From: an uncultured Phycisphaerales bacterium
GTDB taxonomy: Bacteria; Planctomycetota; Phycisphaerae; Tepidisphaerales; Tepidisphaeraceae
Direction of reading: 5' to 3'
Assembly: GCA_963758525.1 (NCBI GenBank)
Contig: CAVWVQ010000002.1
Coordinates: forward strand, 288,001-352,000
DNA: 64,000 nt
A program made the position numbers and the translations under genes. Positions within the stretch are counted from its first letter, which is position 1; each line of letters begins with the position of its first letter. Under the pieces are notes generated by a model. That model worked only from the letters and a program-made list of their open reading frames with translations. It had not been told where the DNA came from and searched no databases. Of this stretch, positions 29,044 through 40,197 are shown piece after piece.

Positions 29044-30196
29044 ATGACTCCGTTGCACGATACGATTGCCGTTGAGCGTTCCTCCGTTCCGCAGGAAATT
29101 CCCGGCTCGCGCGTTCGCGTGGCGTTCGGAGCGGGGAATCTGCAGCATCTTGGCGAGATCGCCAAAAATGAAGGGGGCCGGCGCGTGCTGCTGGTCAGCG
29201 ATGCGGGAATCGTCGCGGCCGGGCATGTGGAGCGGGCGGTGCGATCGCTCTACCGATCGGGCGTGACCGTTCGCGTTTTCGATCTGGTGGAGGAGAACCC
29301 CACCACCGTTCACGTCGATCGCGGGCTGCGCTGTGCGAGCGATTTCAAGCCGGACATGCTCGTCGGGCTGGGCGGCGGCAGTTCGATGGACTGCGCGAAA
29401 GGGATCAACTTCCGATTCACCAACGGCGGCCAGATGCAGGACTACTGGGGCATCGACAAGGCGCACTCGCCGATGCTCCCGATGATCGCCATCCCCACAA
29501 CCTCGGGCACCGGCAGCGAAGCCCAGTCATTCGCGCTGATCACCGATCCGCAGACGCATCAGAAGATGGCCTGCGGCGACGCGCGGGCGCTGCCGCGCGT
29601 GGCGATTCTTGATCCGGAATTGACGCGGACGCAGCCACCGCGCGTGGCCGCCGCGACCGGAATTGATGCGGTTGCGCACGCGGTAGAGACCAGCGCTACA
29701 ACAAAGCGCACTGACGTGTCGCGCAGGCTTTCCCGGGCCGCTTGGCAACTGTTGAACAATTCGTACGAACGGCTGATGCGCAATCAGTCGCAGGATTGGC
29801 AGGCGCGAGGAGATGCTGCTGGGGGCGCATCTGGCCGGCGCCGCGATTGAGAACTCGATGCTCGGCGCGGCGCATGCGCTGGCCAATGGGCTGACCGCGA
29901 TGTTCGGCACGGTTCACGGCGTGGCCGTCGGACTCATGCTGCCGCACGTTGTTCGGTTCAACTCGGCCGGCGATGATCCGTATGCAGAACTCGGGCTGGA
30001 CGCCGAGTCGCTCTGCGGGCGCATCAATGCCATGCTCGACGCGGGACAACTCCCGCGAAGACTCAGTGACCTTGGCGTCGGGCCCGACAATCTCGATGAG
30101 TTGGCTGCGATCGCTGCAAAGCAATGGACCGCCACTTTTAATCCTCGGCCAGTAGACGAGGCGGCGCTGCGTTCGATCTACGACGGGGCTTTGTAG
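29044..30196 (+). CDS. Iron-containing alcohol dehydrogenase; frameshift near 29805 probably a sequencing error
   Basis: VEENPT, GLGGGSSMDCAK, IPTTSGTGSE, GIDAVAHAVE; continues MLLGAHLAG..LGAAHALA..HGVAV in the next frame. Confidence 0.85.
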
Positions 30197-30327
30197 CCCG
30201 GTGCTCCGCCCTGCTCCGCAGCATTCCACATTACGCTTGCGCCTCCCTTTCCACCCTGTCACGGTCCAATCACCAATCACCACCTCCGATGGATTTCGAC
30301 GCTCCGACGCACCTATGATGCACCGTG

Positions 30328-31761
30328 ATGAGTCATCCACGCGCCGCCACAGTTGGACAATTAAAAGAGACCGGATATCAGCCTTGCTCGGTGAAGGATG
30401 AGCTGCGAAGGAACGTTATTCGCAAGCTCAGAGCCGGCGAAGAATTGTTTCCGGGCATCGTCGGGTATCGGGATTCGGTCATTCCTCAGATCATCAACGG
30501 CATTCTGTCGAAGCACGATCTGCTGTTTCTCGGCTTGCGCGGGCAGGCCAAGACGCGCATTCTGCGGCTGCTTCCCGACCTGCTCGACGAATGGATGCCG
30601 GTGCTGGCGGGGATCGAGATCAATGACGATCCGATCAAGCCCACGACCAAGTCGGGGAAACGGCTGATTGCCGAGCACGGGGACGATGCGCCGATCGAAT
30701 GGGTAAATCGGTCGGATCGCTATCATGAAAAGCTCGCGACGCCGGACGTGACCATCGCCGATCTCATCGGCGAGATCGATCTCGTGAAGCACGCCGAGGG
30801 GCGGTATCTCTCCGATGAGTCGACCATGCACTTCGGGCTGATTCCGCGCAGCAATCGAGGCATCTTCGCGATCAACGAATTGCCGGATCTGGCTCCGCGC
30901 ATCCAGGTCGGGCTCTTCAATGTTCTGGAAGAACGCGACGTGCAGATTCGCGGGTATCCGATCCGGCTCGATCTGGATGTGTGCCTGGTGTTCAGCGCCA
31001 ATCCGGAGGATTACACCAATCGCGGAAGGATCGTTACGCCGTTGAAGGACCGCATCGGCTCGGTGATTCGAACGCACTATCCGGAGTCAGCGGACGAAGG
31101 GATTGCGATCTCCCAGCAGAACGCATGGCTCGATCGCGGCAATGGCGAATCCGGAAGCGGCGTGCGCGTCGATGTGCCGCGATTCCTGTCGGAAATTGTC
31201 GAAGAGACAGTCCGCCTGGCGCGTTCGAGCCCGCACGTGAGCCAGGCGTCGGGAGTCTCGGTGCGAACCAGCATCGCGAATATGGAGACTGTGGTCAGCA
31301 ACGCCGAACGGCGCGGCATCCTGACCGGAGAGAAACGCGTCGTCCCGCGCATCTGCGATCTGAACTATCTGGTCGCTTCCTGCCGGGGAAAGATAGAAAT
31401 GACGCTTGCCGAAGAGGAGGGCGCGGAGGACAAGCTGATTCGTTCGCTGGTCGGCGAAGCCGTCAAAGCGGTCTTCGCCCGCTACGACGATCCTGAAGCC
31501 CATGAGGGAATCACCGAGCAATTCAAGGGGAATCTGACCTTCCCCGCCGGCGACGATCTGCCGGCCGAGGAATTTGTGGCGAACATGAAGACGATCAAGG
31601 GGCTTGCGCAGGCCGCCACCGTGCTGACCCGGGAGATGAAGCTGGATTCGGCTGATGCCGGCAACCTCGCTGCCGTCGGAGAATTCCTGCTGGAGGGTCT
31701 GTACGTCAACAATCGGTTGAGCAAGTTCAACGCGCGCGGAAAGACGTTTTTCAAGAAGTAG
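30328..31761 (+). CDS. Mg-chelatase subunit I/MoxR-like AAA+ ATPase
   Basis: GLRGQAKTR Walker A variant, INELPDL, SANPEDYTNRGRIVTPLKDR. Confidence 0.85.
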   Translation: MSHPRAATVGQLKETGYQPCSVKDELRRNVIRKLRAGEELFPGIVGYRDSVIPQIINGILSKHDLLFLGLRGQAKTRILRLLPDLLDEWMPVLAGIEINDDPIKPTTKSGKRLIAEHGDDAPIEWVNRSDRYHEKLATPDVTIADLIGEIDLVKHAEGRYLSDESTMHFGLIPRSNRGIFAINELPDLAPRIQVGLFNVLEERDVQIRGYPIRLDLDVCLVFSANPEDYTNRGRIVTPLKDRIGSVIRTHYPESADEGIAISQQNAWLDRGNGESGSGVRVDVPRFLSEIVEETVRLARSSPHVSQASGVSVRTSIANMETVVSNAERRGILTGEKRVVPRICDLNYLVASCRGKIEMTLAEEEGAEDKLIRSLVGEAVKAVFARYDDPEAHEGITEQFKGNLTFPAGDDLPAEEFVANMKTIKGLAQAATVLTREMKLDSADAGNLAAVGEFLLEGLYVNNRLSKFNARGKTFFKK

Positions 31762-31793
31762 AGCGATGCGGCGCAGGCAGACCACCTCATGCC

Positions 31794-31960
31794 CGGTTAG
31801 CCGCGACGCGCAGCGGAGCGCGTATTCGAGCGCCTGAAACCGTAGCTCGATCTGCAAGCTTGAATGAAACGCAATGTATCCTGGATCTCGCTGCGGGTTA
31901 GCTGAGACTGCGCCCGCTTTGCATTCGAATACGCGCTCCGCTGCGCGTCGCGGCTAACCG
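31794..31960. repeat. REP doublet (GGTTAGCC family) between convergent genes
   Basis: CGGTTAGCCGCGACGCGCAGCGGAGCGCGTATTCGA...TCGAATACGCGCTCCGCTGCGCGTCGCGGCTAACCG. Confidence 0.88.
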
Positions 31961-31998
31961 CGGAAAATGCAAGCGCGACGGTGCCCGCAAGAGGATGC

Positions 31999-32636
31999 TC
32001 ACCACGCGGCTTTCGCCGCGAGCGCCTTCTCGACTTCCTCGACGACCTTTGGTTCATTCGGGCTGGTTTGGGTCGCAAACCGGGCAATCACGTTTCCGTT
32101 GCGATCGACCACAAACTTCGTGAAATTCCAGCCGATCTCCCCGGCGAAGTCGCCGTTGGTCGCCGGATCCGTCAGGAATTGTAGAGCGGCGCCATGTCTT
32201 CACCCTTCACGCTGATCTTCGCCATCATCGGAAATTTCACATCGAACGTCGCCTTGCAGAAGCCGTCAATCTGCTCGTTGGTTCCCGGCTCCTGACTCCC
32301 GAAGTTGTTCGCGGGAAAGCCCACGATTACCAATCCCTGGTCGGCATACTTTGAATACATCTCCTCCAATGGCTTGTACTGCTTCGTGAATCCGCACTTG
32401 CTTGCGACGTTCACGATCATCACGACCTTTCCCTTGAAGTCGCTCAGCTTCTGCTCCTTGCCGTGAATCGTCTGCACCGTGAAATCGAGCGGGCTCACGG
32501 GGGAATTGTCAGCCGAGGGCTTGGCGGGAGCGCTGGTCGGATCCTTCGCAACATCATGCGGAGGCGGCGGACCGCCAAGAGACATCACCGCGTTGCACAT
32601 CAGGGCCAGCACCGCACAGATCGATCGTAGCTTCAT
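31999..32636 (-). CDS. Exported glutathione peroxidase-family protein; frameshift near 32180
   Basis: Signal peptide; [36 protein letters not shown] in the shifted frame. Confidence 0.88.
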
Positions 32637-32686
32637 TGTTTGCTCCTTGGTCCAGTCTGGTGTCCGTTCCACGTCCGCAGGAAAAC

Positions 32687-33712
32687 TTAATGTTGATACA
32701 CCGGCAGCAGCCGATACGGCGCCTCGAGCGTGAGGACCGCCATCGCGGTGGCGTACATCACGCCGGGCTCCTCGCCCGATCTGCTTTGCGGAAATGAGCC
32801 GTCCGGCAGCTGCGATTTTGCCAGACGCTCCAGTGTCTGCCCGATCATCACCGCTGCGCCAGGATCATCCGCCTGAAGCATCGCGTGCACGGAGTAATAC
32901 ATTGCATAATACGGATATCGTGTATGCTCATCGACCGGGTGGTCGCGCAAAAATTTCAGTCCGTCCGCGCGCTCGGGTTTCACGTCGGCGCCGAGCAAAT
33001 ACAGGCACAGGACAGCCGCTCCGGTTGCGCCGATCGAAGCATCGCCTCCGCCCGGCTGATAGCTGAAGCCACCCTCCTTCCGATGACACTTGATGACAAA
33101 CGCGATCGCATCGGTCGCCGAGCCGCGGGGAATGTCCATGCCGTCGCCAAGGCAGGCGCGGAGGGCCAGCGCGTTCCAGCCGGAGAGCGACAGATCGCTG
33201 TCGGTTGCCTGCGGCTCATAGCGCCACCCGCCGGAAAATTGCGCGGGCTTGCTCACTTTCTGCGCATCGAGAATGAGATGAGCGGCTTTCTCCACGACCT
33301 GGCGAATACGGGATCGCCGCGAATCGTTTTGTTCCAGACCCCAGGCCTGGGCCAATGCGAGCGTGACGATCGCCTGTCCATACATCCGGCTTCCATCAAC
33401 TTTGCCGTAATACGCGTCCGCCGGAGCCTGTTGCACGAGATAGTCGATGGCGTTGCGCACCGTCGAACCATATCTCCCCAAATCCGGAGGATTTCCGGCG
33501 GCGAGAAATGACAGCAACCCGAGCCCGGTGACGGCCACGCGCGGTCCCTGATCGGTGAACGACCCGTTCGGTAACTGCTGCGCCGCCAGATATTCCAGAC
33601 CGCGTCCGACAGCGCGGTCGACGTTCGGCATCGACGTGCTGTTCGTGGCGGGCGCGGCATCGGCGAACGAGACGGTCAGAAGTAATGCGATCAAAAAAGA
33701 ATTCCACGCCAT
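32687..33712 (-). CDS. Prenyltransferase/squalene oxidase repeat protein (exported)
   Basis: [38 protein letters not shown] repeats; signal peptide. Confidence 0.85.
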   Translation of the reverse strand: MAWNSFLIALLLTVSFADAAPATNSTSMPNVDRAVGRGLEYLAAQQLPNGSFTDQGPRVAVTGLGLLSFLAAGNPPDLGRYGSTVRNAIDYLVQQAPADAYYGKVDGSRMYGQAIVTLALAQAWGLEQNDSRRSRIRQVVEKAAHLILDAQKVSKPAQFSGGWRYEPQATDSDLSLSGWNALALRACLGDGMDIPRGSATDAIAFVIKCHRKEGGFSYQPGGGDASIGATGAAVLCLYLLGADVKPERADGLKFLRDHPVDEHTRYPYYAMYYSVHAMLQADDPGAAVMIGQTLERLAKSQLPDGSFPQSRSGEEPGVMYATAMAVLTLEAPYRLLPVYQH

Positions 33713-36700
33713 CAGCGCCCCTCCGCGCGAGCGGCCTGAGCTTTGCCCAAAGCTTGAAAGTAAATCCGCAGGGGCTCTTCATACCCCGCCGGATCGGAAT
33801 CGTGGGTGGGAAAACTCATGGACGTCGTCTGGCCCGGCGGAAGACGCTCCCATCCGCCGGCGATGCTCGGCTGGCCGGGGCTCCGTTGCGCGGCGTCGGC
33901 GGGCGCGGTCGCCGCATATACCGGTTGCATCGATGGCACGATCGACAGGCGGTGCGAGGCGGCATCGTGAATCGACTGATCCCACGCCCTTGCCAGGGCC
34001 CCGGTCGCTCGCACCTGCTGCACCAGCGCCCTGCTCAGATCCGGCGGCGACTGCGCAAGCGAATCAGCCGCCGCTCCGGCAAAAGATCTGGCCGCCAGCA
34101 ACGGGTCGCGCGCGGTCAGTGCGTCCTGCGCCGCGGCCAACTCCCGCTGCACCGAATCGACGGCGGCGCGCACGGCGCTGGCGGCTCGACCGATTGCCGG
34201 TACATCGTTTCCGCGCAGCGCACGGGCGAAGTCCGTCAGCGCGGCAACAAGCTGCGTCTGGAGTGCATTGCAAACATCCGTCGATTCCGGTGCATAGGCT
34301 CCCAGCTCATCGGCCCACGATGCCGCCCGAGCCGGGTCGATCTGAGCCATTGCCGCTTCAAGCCGATCCGACGCTTCGCCGGCCTCGTTGGCGGCTTCGA
34401 CCGCGGCGCGGTGCGCCATTCCCCGCTCTTCGCCCGTTGCGCCCCCGCTCAATCGGGTTTCCGCTTCCTGCGCTCCGCTTGCGCACTGCGCCGCGGCGCG
34501 CTGTGCCGTTCCGGCTGCCAGGGCATCAGCCAACATCTGCGGAACAGCGGCGAGCTGCTCCTGCACGCTGAGGAATGCCGCCGCCGCCTGCCCGCGGGAA
34601 TTGGGTTCGACAGAACCCGAGCGCTCCGTGACTACGGCCGCAATCGCGTCGGCGACCTTTCGCTCGCTTCCCGCCAGATCGCTCCGGTCATCATCTGGCG
34701 CCCCCTGAGTCTGCTTCGCCACGGCATCCTGGGTCTGGCCAATGCCGTCGATCGTGCGAGCCCTTGCCATGGAGGCCGCGACACGCTGGCGACCGATTTC
34801 GACCCCCGCATCCGGGTCGCGCGCCGCACGGCCGGGAATCGCCGCCGCCTCTCCGACACGGTTATTCAGCGCTTCGTCGAGACGAGCGGCACCGTCATAA
34901 TCCCTGGCTGCGGCGGCAGCGCTGGCCTGCAACGCAATATCCTCCGCATCTTTTCTGCCGGCGGCGGAGATCGGACCGGTCGTCGGACGCCCTGGGGCTC
35001 CCGCCACTGCTCCTGCAGCGGTCAGATCCTGCGCCCAACTAATCATTTGCTGCCGGGCCGAGGTCGCGGCGGCTGTCACGGTTGCGGTCTCATGGGCGGG
35101 GCGCGACGAAGCCGGTCGCAACCGCAGTTCCCATTCCCGTTGCAAGTCAGCCAGGGCGCTGGCAAACGCAGTCACCGTGGCGGCCGCGGCGGAATCTTCC
35201 GGGCGTCGCTCATTGAGCGAAGACTCAATTGCGGCAGCGGCTTTCGACGCCAATTGCAGATCGCGGGCGCGTGTCAGATCGGACTCGGGCCGGACGGCTT
35301 CGGCCTCCGCTGCCGCGCTGAGCCGGCGGCTGATACCCGGCGCCGCGTGCTCCCCGCGCGAAAGCTCCTGCGCCGACATCCGCGCTGCTTCCGCATAATC
35401 GATCGGCCGGGCCGCATCTATCACCGACTGGCCTGCGCCGATCTTCGCTTGGAGTTGCGGAGCGATCCCGGCAGCGCCAGGATCGATGTTCAGTTCGCGC
35501 AACACGGCCTGGCTGCGCGGGCCGGAGATTGGATGCTTCGCGCTGTCCGCGTCCTCTCGTTCCGCGAGTACTGCGATAGCGAGTTGACCCTGCCACAGCG
35601 TGGTAACGTCAGCCGAGAGACGATGGGACTGGTCGATCGCCCGCCGCAGGGCTGGCTCAATTGGCTGCAACCGGGCGGTGGAGTCGCCGCGGACGCGAAA
35701 TAATTCGTCGGCGGCCTCCGACAAAGATTCCGCCGAGTCGCTCAAGGCAGCCAACGCCACCGAAAGCTGCGCCGCGTGCGTGTGCAGGATGGCCCGGCAC
35801 AGGCATTGTCGCAGGAGGGTCGCCGACTCGGAGGCATTCGCCAACGAGAGATTGGCATGCGCCGATGCCGCGGCAAATCCGCTCGACTGTTTGTCGGCGA
35901 TCCCATCGGCCTGCCCGATCGCGCCGCGGGCTGTTTCAAAATCGCCGATCATTCTCATGGCAAAACCGCTGGCCGCGTTGAGCTCGGACACACGCTCCCG
36001 CATATCCAGGTCAACGGGTCGCGCGGCGATGCGGATGCGGAGCGGTTCGCTGCTGGCGGCCTGGCCGGCGGAGTCACTGGCGACGATCGTAACCGTCGCG
36101 AGATCACCCACCTTCAGCGGCAGCGACGCAAGATCCAGATCGACGCTCCCCTCCTGCCCGCGGAGGTGCCCGACCAGATGGATCGGACGATTGATCGTCT
36201 GTCCGCTGCTCAACTTCACCGCGAGCGTCAGCGCATTCAGAGCGTAATCGTCCGCGGCCTGATACGTGAGTGTGATGATGTCGCGCGGCGTCAGGCGAAC
36301 GTCCTGGCCCGCTTGAAAGAGCCGGGCAACCGGAGGCCGGTTGATCAGCGGGTGAATGCGGGTGCCCGGCGGTCCCGAGCCGGCCACTTCACGGGCGCTG
36401 ATCAAATCCAGCGAGTACGCGATGTCCTGTTTCACGGTGATCGTCGCTCGACGAGCAGCCTGGTCGCCGGACCGGGACATGAGAATCTTTTCTGCGCCGA
36501 TGGTGAGCATCGCGGATTGCAGCGGATCGCTGCAGAAGATGGTCAAGGTTGCCCGCGAGCCGACCGGTGCTTCGATCAACCCGTCGGTGTTGGACACCAC
36601 CAGCGGCTCACGCCGGACGTAGTCGGGAAATAGGTACGAAATCTGGAATTGAGATACGGTCGGCCTGCGCAACACGCGCGCCAAAAAGGTGCGCGTGGCC

Positions 36701-37527
36701 GCATCGCCGGCGGTCACATAATAATGAATGTCGCGATCGACCGATGCCAGCGGATAGCTGAAGTGCGTCGCATCCGTCGGGTTCATCACGACGCGGTGCC
36801 AATCGCCCTGCGTGTTCAGGAACAAAAAGACCGAGTCGCCGATCAGATGCTCCACCTGCGCGTCGATGCGAAGCGGGTCGGACTGAACGATGTCGCGATC
36901 GCCGGGAGAAACGGTGATCTGTGTTGTTGTCACGGGCGGCAGATCTGATCCTGGCGTGACAAACCTCTGGACCAGTTGGCGAACGCCAATTTGCGGATTG
37001 CCGTTCAGGATCAGCGCCGATGCGATCAGCACCAGGCAGACCATCCAGGGTACGACCACGGGCCCAAGGGAAAGGAGCGAGCGACGCCTGCTTTCGGCGA
37101 TGTGCAATTCCACGTCGCGCAGCAGATGTGAGAGAATTTCCGCCGATCCCCGGTTCGTGCGATCCCCGGTCAACTGCGAGACGACGGTCAGCAGCGACTG
37201 CGAAAATTGCGGATCCCGGCCCTCGATCTGCCCGGCGATGTCGACCCAGTCGATCCGCCCGCGCAGCTTCCACAGAGAGCGGGCAACGACGCCGCCGCAC
37301 AGAGCGCCGCCGCAGATGAGCAGCAGGAAGCGAATCGCAGGCGAAAGATGCAGAAGACGGTCCAATCCGCAGGAGATCGCGCTCCACATCAGGAACAGCG
37401 CCACTGCGATTCCGAACCCGCGGATCAATGCGAGACGTCGCACGGCAGTCGCGAAGTCGCGCAAATACGATGCCACGGTCGGCGGCAGATCAACGGCGGA
37501 GTTCATGGGACCGATATAGCTACTCAT
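33712..37527 (-). CDS. Large membrane-anchored Ig-like/helical protein (DUF4175-like)
   Basis: N-terminal TM helices, beta-rich middle, ADDYAL motif, Ala-rich helical tail ending YEEPLRIYFQAL; coupled to neighbours. Confidence 0.7.
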   Translation of the reverse strand: MSSYIGPMNSAVDLPPTVASYLRDFATAVRRLALIRGFGIAVALFLMWSAISCGLDRLLHLSPAIRFLLLICGGALCGGVVARSLWKLRGRIDWVDIAGQIEGRDPQFSQSLLTVVSQLTGDRTNRGSAEILSHLLRDVELHIAESRRRSLLSLGPVVVPWMVCLVLIASALILNGNPQIGVRQLVQRFVTPGSDLPPVTTTQITVSPGDRDIVQSDPLRIDAQVEHLIGDSVFLFLNTQGDWHRVVMNPTDATHFSYPLASVDRDIHYYVTAGDAATRTFLARVLRRPTVSQFQISYLFPDYVRREPLVVSNTDGLIEAPVGSRATLTIFCSDPLQSAMLTIGAEKILMSRSGDQAARRATITVKQDIAYSLDLISAREVAGSGPPGTRIHPLINRPPVARLFQAGQDVRLTPRDIITLTYQAADDYALNALTLAVKLSSGQTINRPIHLVGHLRGQEGSVDLDLASLPLKVGDLATVTIVASDSAGQAASSEPLRIRIAARPVDLDMRERVSELNAASGFAMRMIGDFETARGAIGQADGIADKQSSGFAAASAHANLSLANASESATLLRQCLCRAILHTHAAQLSVALAALSDSAESLSEAADELFRVRGDSTARLQPIEPALRRAIDQSHRLSADVTTLWQGQLAIAVLAEREDADSAKHPISGPRSQAVLRELNIDPGAAGIAPQLQAKIGAGQSVIDAARPIDYAEAARMSAQELSRGEHAAPGISRRLSAAAEAEAVRPESDLTRARDLQLASKAAAAIESSLNERRPEDSAAAATVTAFASALADLQREWELRLRPASSRPAHETATVTAAATSARQQMISWAQDLTAAGAVAGAPGRPTTGPISAAGRKDAEDIALQASAAAAARDYDGAARLDEALNNRVGEAAAIPGRAARDPDAGVEIGRQRVAASMARARTIDGIGQTQDAVAKQTQGAPDDDRSDLAGSERKVADAIAAVVTERSGSVEPNSRGQAAAAFLSVQEQLAAVPQMLADALAAGTAQRAAAQCASGAQEAETRLSGGATGEERGMAHRAAVEAANEAGEASDRLEAAMAQIDPARAASWADELGAYAPESTDVCNALQTQLVAALTDFARALRGNDVPAIGRAASAVRAAVDSVQRELAAAQDALTARDPLLAARSFAGAAADSLAQSPPDLSRALVQQVRATGALARAWDQSIHDAASHRLSIVPSMQPVYAATAPADAAQRSPGQPSIAGGWERLPPGQTTSMSFPTHDSDPAGYEEPLRIYFQALGKAQAARAEGR

Positions 37528-40197
37528 GCCAGTCCGCATTGTTTGCGCATCGCCCACTCGGCGGCCAGACAACCGCCGATGAACAAAAAGAGGTAGGGGC
37601 TGTCCCAGAGCTTGAGATCCACATAAAGCGATCGGGGGTCGCTGAACGCCGCAAGCCGATCGGGAAGCGACTGAATCTGGTCGATGCGCAGGAATTCCCC
37701 GCCCGAAGCTTCCGCGAGGCGGCGGAGAAAGTTGTCGTCGCCGGACAGATCCGCAAGCTCCGCCTCACTGCTTTGCTGCACACGCAACGGCAACACGACC
37801 GCATCATCGCCCGCGCCCAGTTTCAGCTCATAGTTTCCCGCGGGAAATGACAACGTCGCCTCATAGCGCCCCGATCCGAGCGGCGCAATTGGCAAGAGCG
37901 TCTGGAGGCCAAACAGCCTTCCATCACGGAGGATTTGAATTCTGCACTGCCGATTCGGCTTCTCGGAGCGGTCCAGCATGCGCACCCTGACGCGCACGGG
38001 CGCATTAGGCGCGACGGCAATGTGATCCGCGTCCAGCGCAAGAGTTTGACTGTTTGCGAAATAGGGCTCCTGCGCCGCGTAGTGAATGAGCTGACGCCAG
38101 AAGCGCTCCTGGTCGCGCCCCCGACCTTGTATCGCCACCGCCAGGTCTCATCCGTGCAGAGCAGGAACGTGCGTCCCGCCCCAAGCGTTCGCTCAAGCAG
38201 CACCGGCGCACCCGAGTCAGCCTCGACCAGCAGCGCACGGGTTCCGGGCGCAGCTTCTCCTCGCTGATGCCGGGCAGTTGCAGAAATCGATAGACCGGCG
38301 GCAGCTCCTGCCAGCGACGCCACGCCACCAGCGGATCATTTGATAGTTTGAGAACGTCCAGCGCGCCCTCCTCCGCGGCCGGGACAAAGCGGAACGCTGG
38401 CTGCTCGCCCGGCCAGACGCGGAAACGGGGCATCAGCGGCGGCGCGAACGGGAGCAGCGAGGAAGTCGCCAGCGTGGAGGAGTACTCCGCCGGGAGATGT
38501 TCTCCGACCACAAGGATCACGCTCCCGCCACGCTCGGATACGAGCCGGCCGACGGCATCCCACTGGCGTGCGGACAATGCAGTGACGGGCGGATCACAGA
38601 GCACGATGACGTCCTGCCGGAGAATGTCCTGCGGCGACATTTGCAACGGCGCCGCGCCGCCGCCAAGGATCGCGCGAGAGAGCTCGATTTCCCCCCGGCG
38701 TTCCAGCATCGCACACAGCTCCTGCGCGTCCCACGTCGGCCCGCCGGACCACACCGCGACGCGCATCCGCTCGGGCATCACTTTCATCCACCGTTCGATG
38801 CGGTTGTTGGCGTCGGTCGCCTCGCCAGCGATCTTTACAATCGACAGCACCAGCTTCAGGCTCCCCGCCTGTTCCTTCTTCAACTCCAGCGGAAATTCGA
38901 CAAACGCCGGTTGTCCGCTGCGCAGCTCAACTGAGCGAATCTGATCCGGAGCGTCGCCCGCCGCCAGATGCACCTCGGCGGCAACCCCGTCGATCCCGTC
39001 GTGACCGACTTCCGCGCGCACGACTACGGTGTCGCCGATGAATGCCCCGGCCGGCACCGCAACATGCGTGAGGACGGCATCCCTCGGTGGCGCGGCGGCC
39101 GCGACTCCGACGGTAAAGATCGGTACGCCCGCGGGCGCAAGCCCCGCGACTGCACGCGCGTCTCCGCCGACCTGACGCCCATCCGAGAAAAGAACGATTG
39201 CACGGGCGCGCGTCCGGCCGGCAACGGCCGCGATTCCTCCGGTCAGATCGGTCGTGACGCCGTCGGGGCCTTTGCTCAATTCCGCAACCGGCTTGCCGTC
39301 GCGCTGCAATTCCAGGGGTTCGATGTTTGCCGCCAATGAAAACCCAGCAACCGGCATCTTTGGTATCAGCCGTGTGACCAGGCCGACGGCGGGATCCAGC
39401 AGCGCCCGCTGAACCAGCGAGTCGCGTGACAGCCGGCTCTCCTCCTGGCACGCCTGGTGCACTTGCGGATCGGACTCGTAGAGATGCTGATCGAAAGCCG
39501 CGCGAAATCGCGCCAGCGCCTCGACGGCGGCTGCGAGCTGCTTGGGCACCTTGGTCTTCCATTCCCTGGCGGCCTGCGCATCGGGCGGCTTGGCCAGGTT
39601 GGCGACTGCGCGTTGCAGTTGGGAATCTTTCGTCACCTGCGCCTCGGCCATCAGACCGCGGACCAGCTCCAGGTAATGCGCAGCGACCTGTCGGAGCTGC
39701 TCGCGCCGCGGGCCGATGTCCCGGCCGGAGATCGTGGCAAAATCCAGATCGTCCTGCGCCGCCCGCACGCTGCCCAGGGCGGCGTGAAGTCTCTCCAGGT
39801 CGCTGCCGAGGCCCATCGCATTGGCGGCGCGGATGCCCTGCGGCAACTGTCCGAGCGCATCGGCCAGCTCAACACGCTCGGCATCGGTGCGGGCATTATC
39901 GACGATGCTCATGCTGCGCGAGCGGTCGACGACGATCTCCACCGCGCCCCGTTCATCGGCAGTTGCAAGCCTCACGGCGACGGGTTTGAGCAGAGAGAGG
40001 AGCAGCGCCAGCAGCGCGGCTGTCCGCAACGCCGGCAACAGCCAGCGCGAGGGAAGGCCGACCGATCGCAACTGCGACGGATACAGCAGCGCGATTGCCA
40101 GCAGCAGCGCAACGGCTCCAGCGGCCACCGCGGGCCACAGCTGCGGGGCTTCCCAGTACACCTGTGCGAGGTGCACGGAAGGTATCCCGTCAATCAT
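37524..40197 (-). CDS. vWA + GATase1-like membrane protein; two frameshifts near 38245 and 38120
   Basis: VDRSRSMS, FSDGR, IFTVGV, NNRIER, GAGRTFLLCTDETWRWR, FWRQLI, EWAMRKQCGLA across three frames. Confidence 0.75.

Noticed and set aside
33685..35703. Long antisense ORFs (also 931-2343, 18229-20076, 24342-26177, 40922-42685, 47183-48946)
   Set aside because: They shadow real genes on the opposite strand, as expected in high-GC DNA, and have no recognisable motifs
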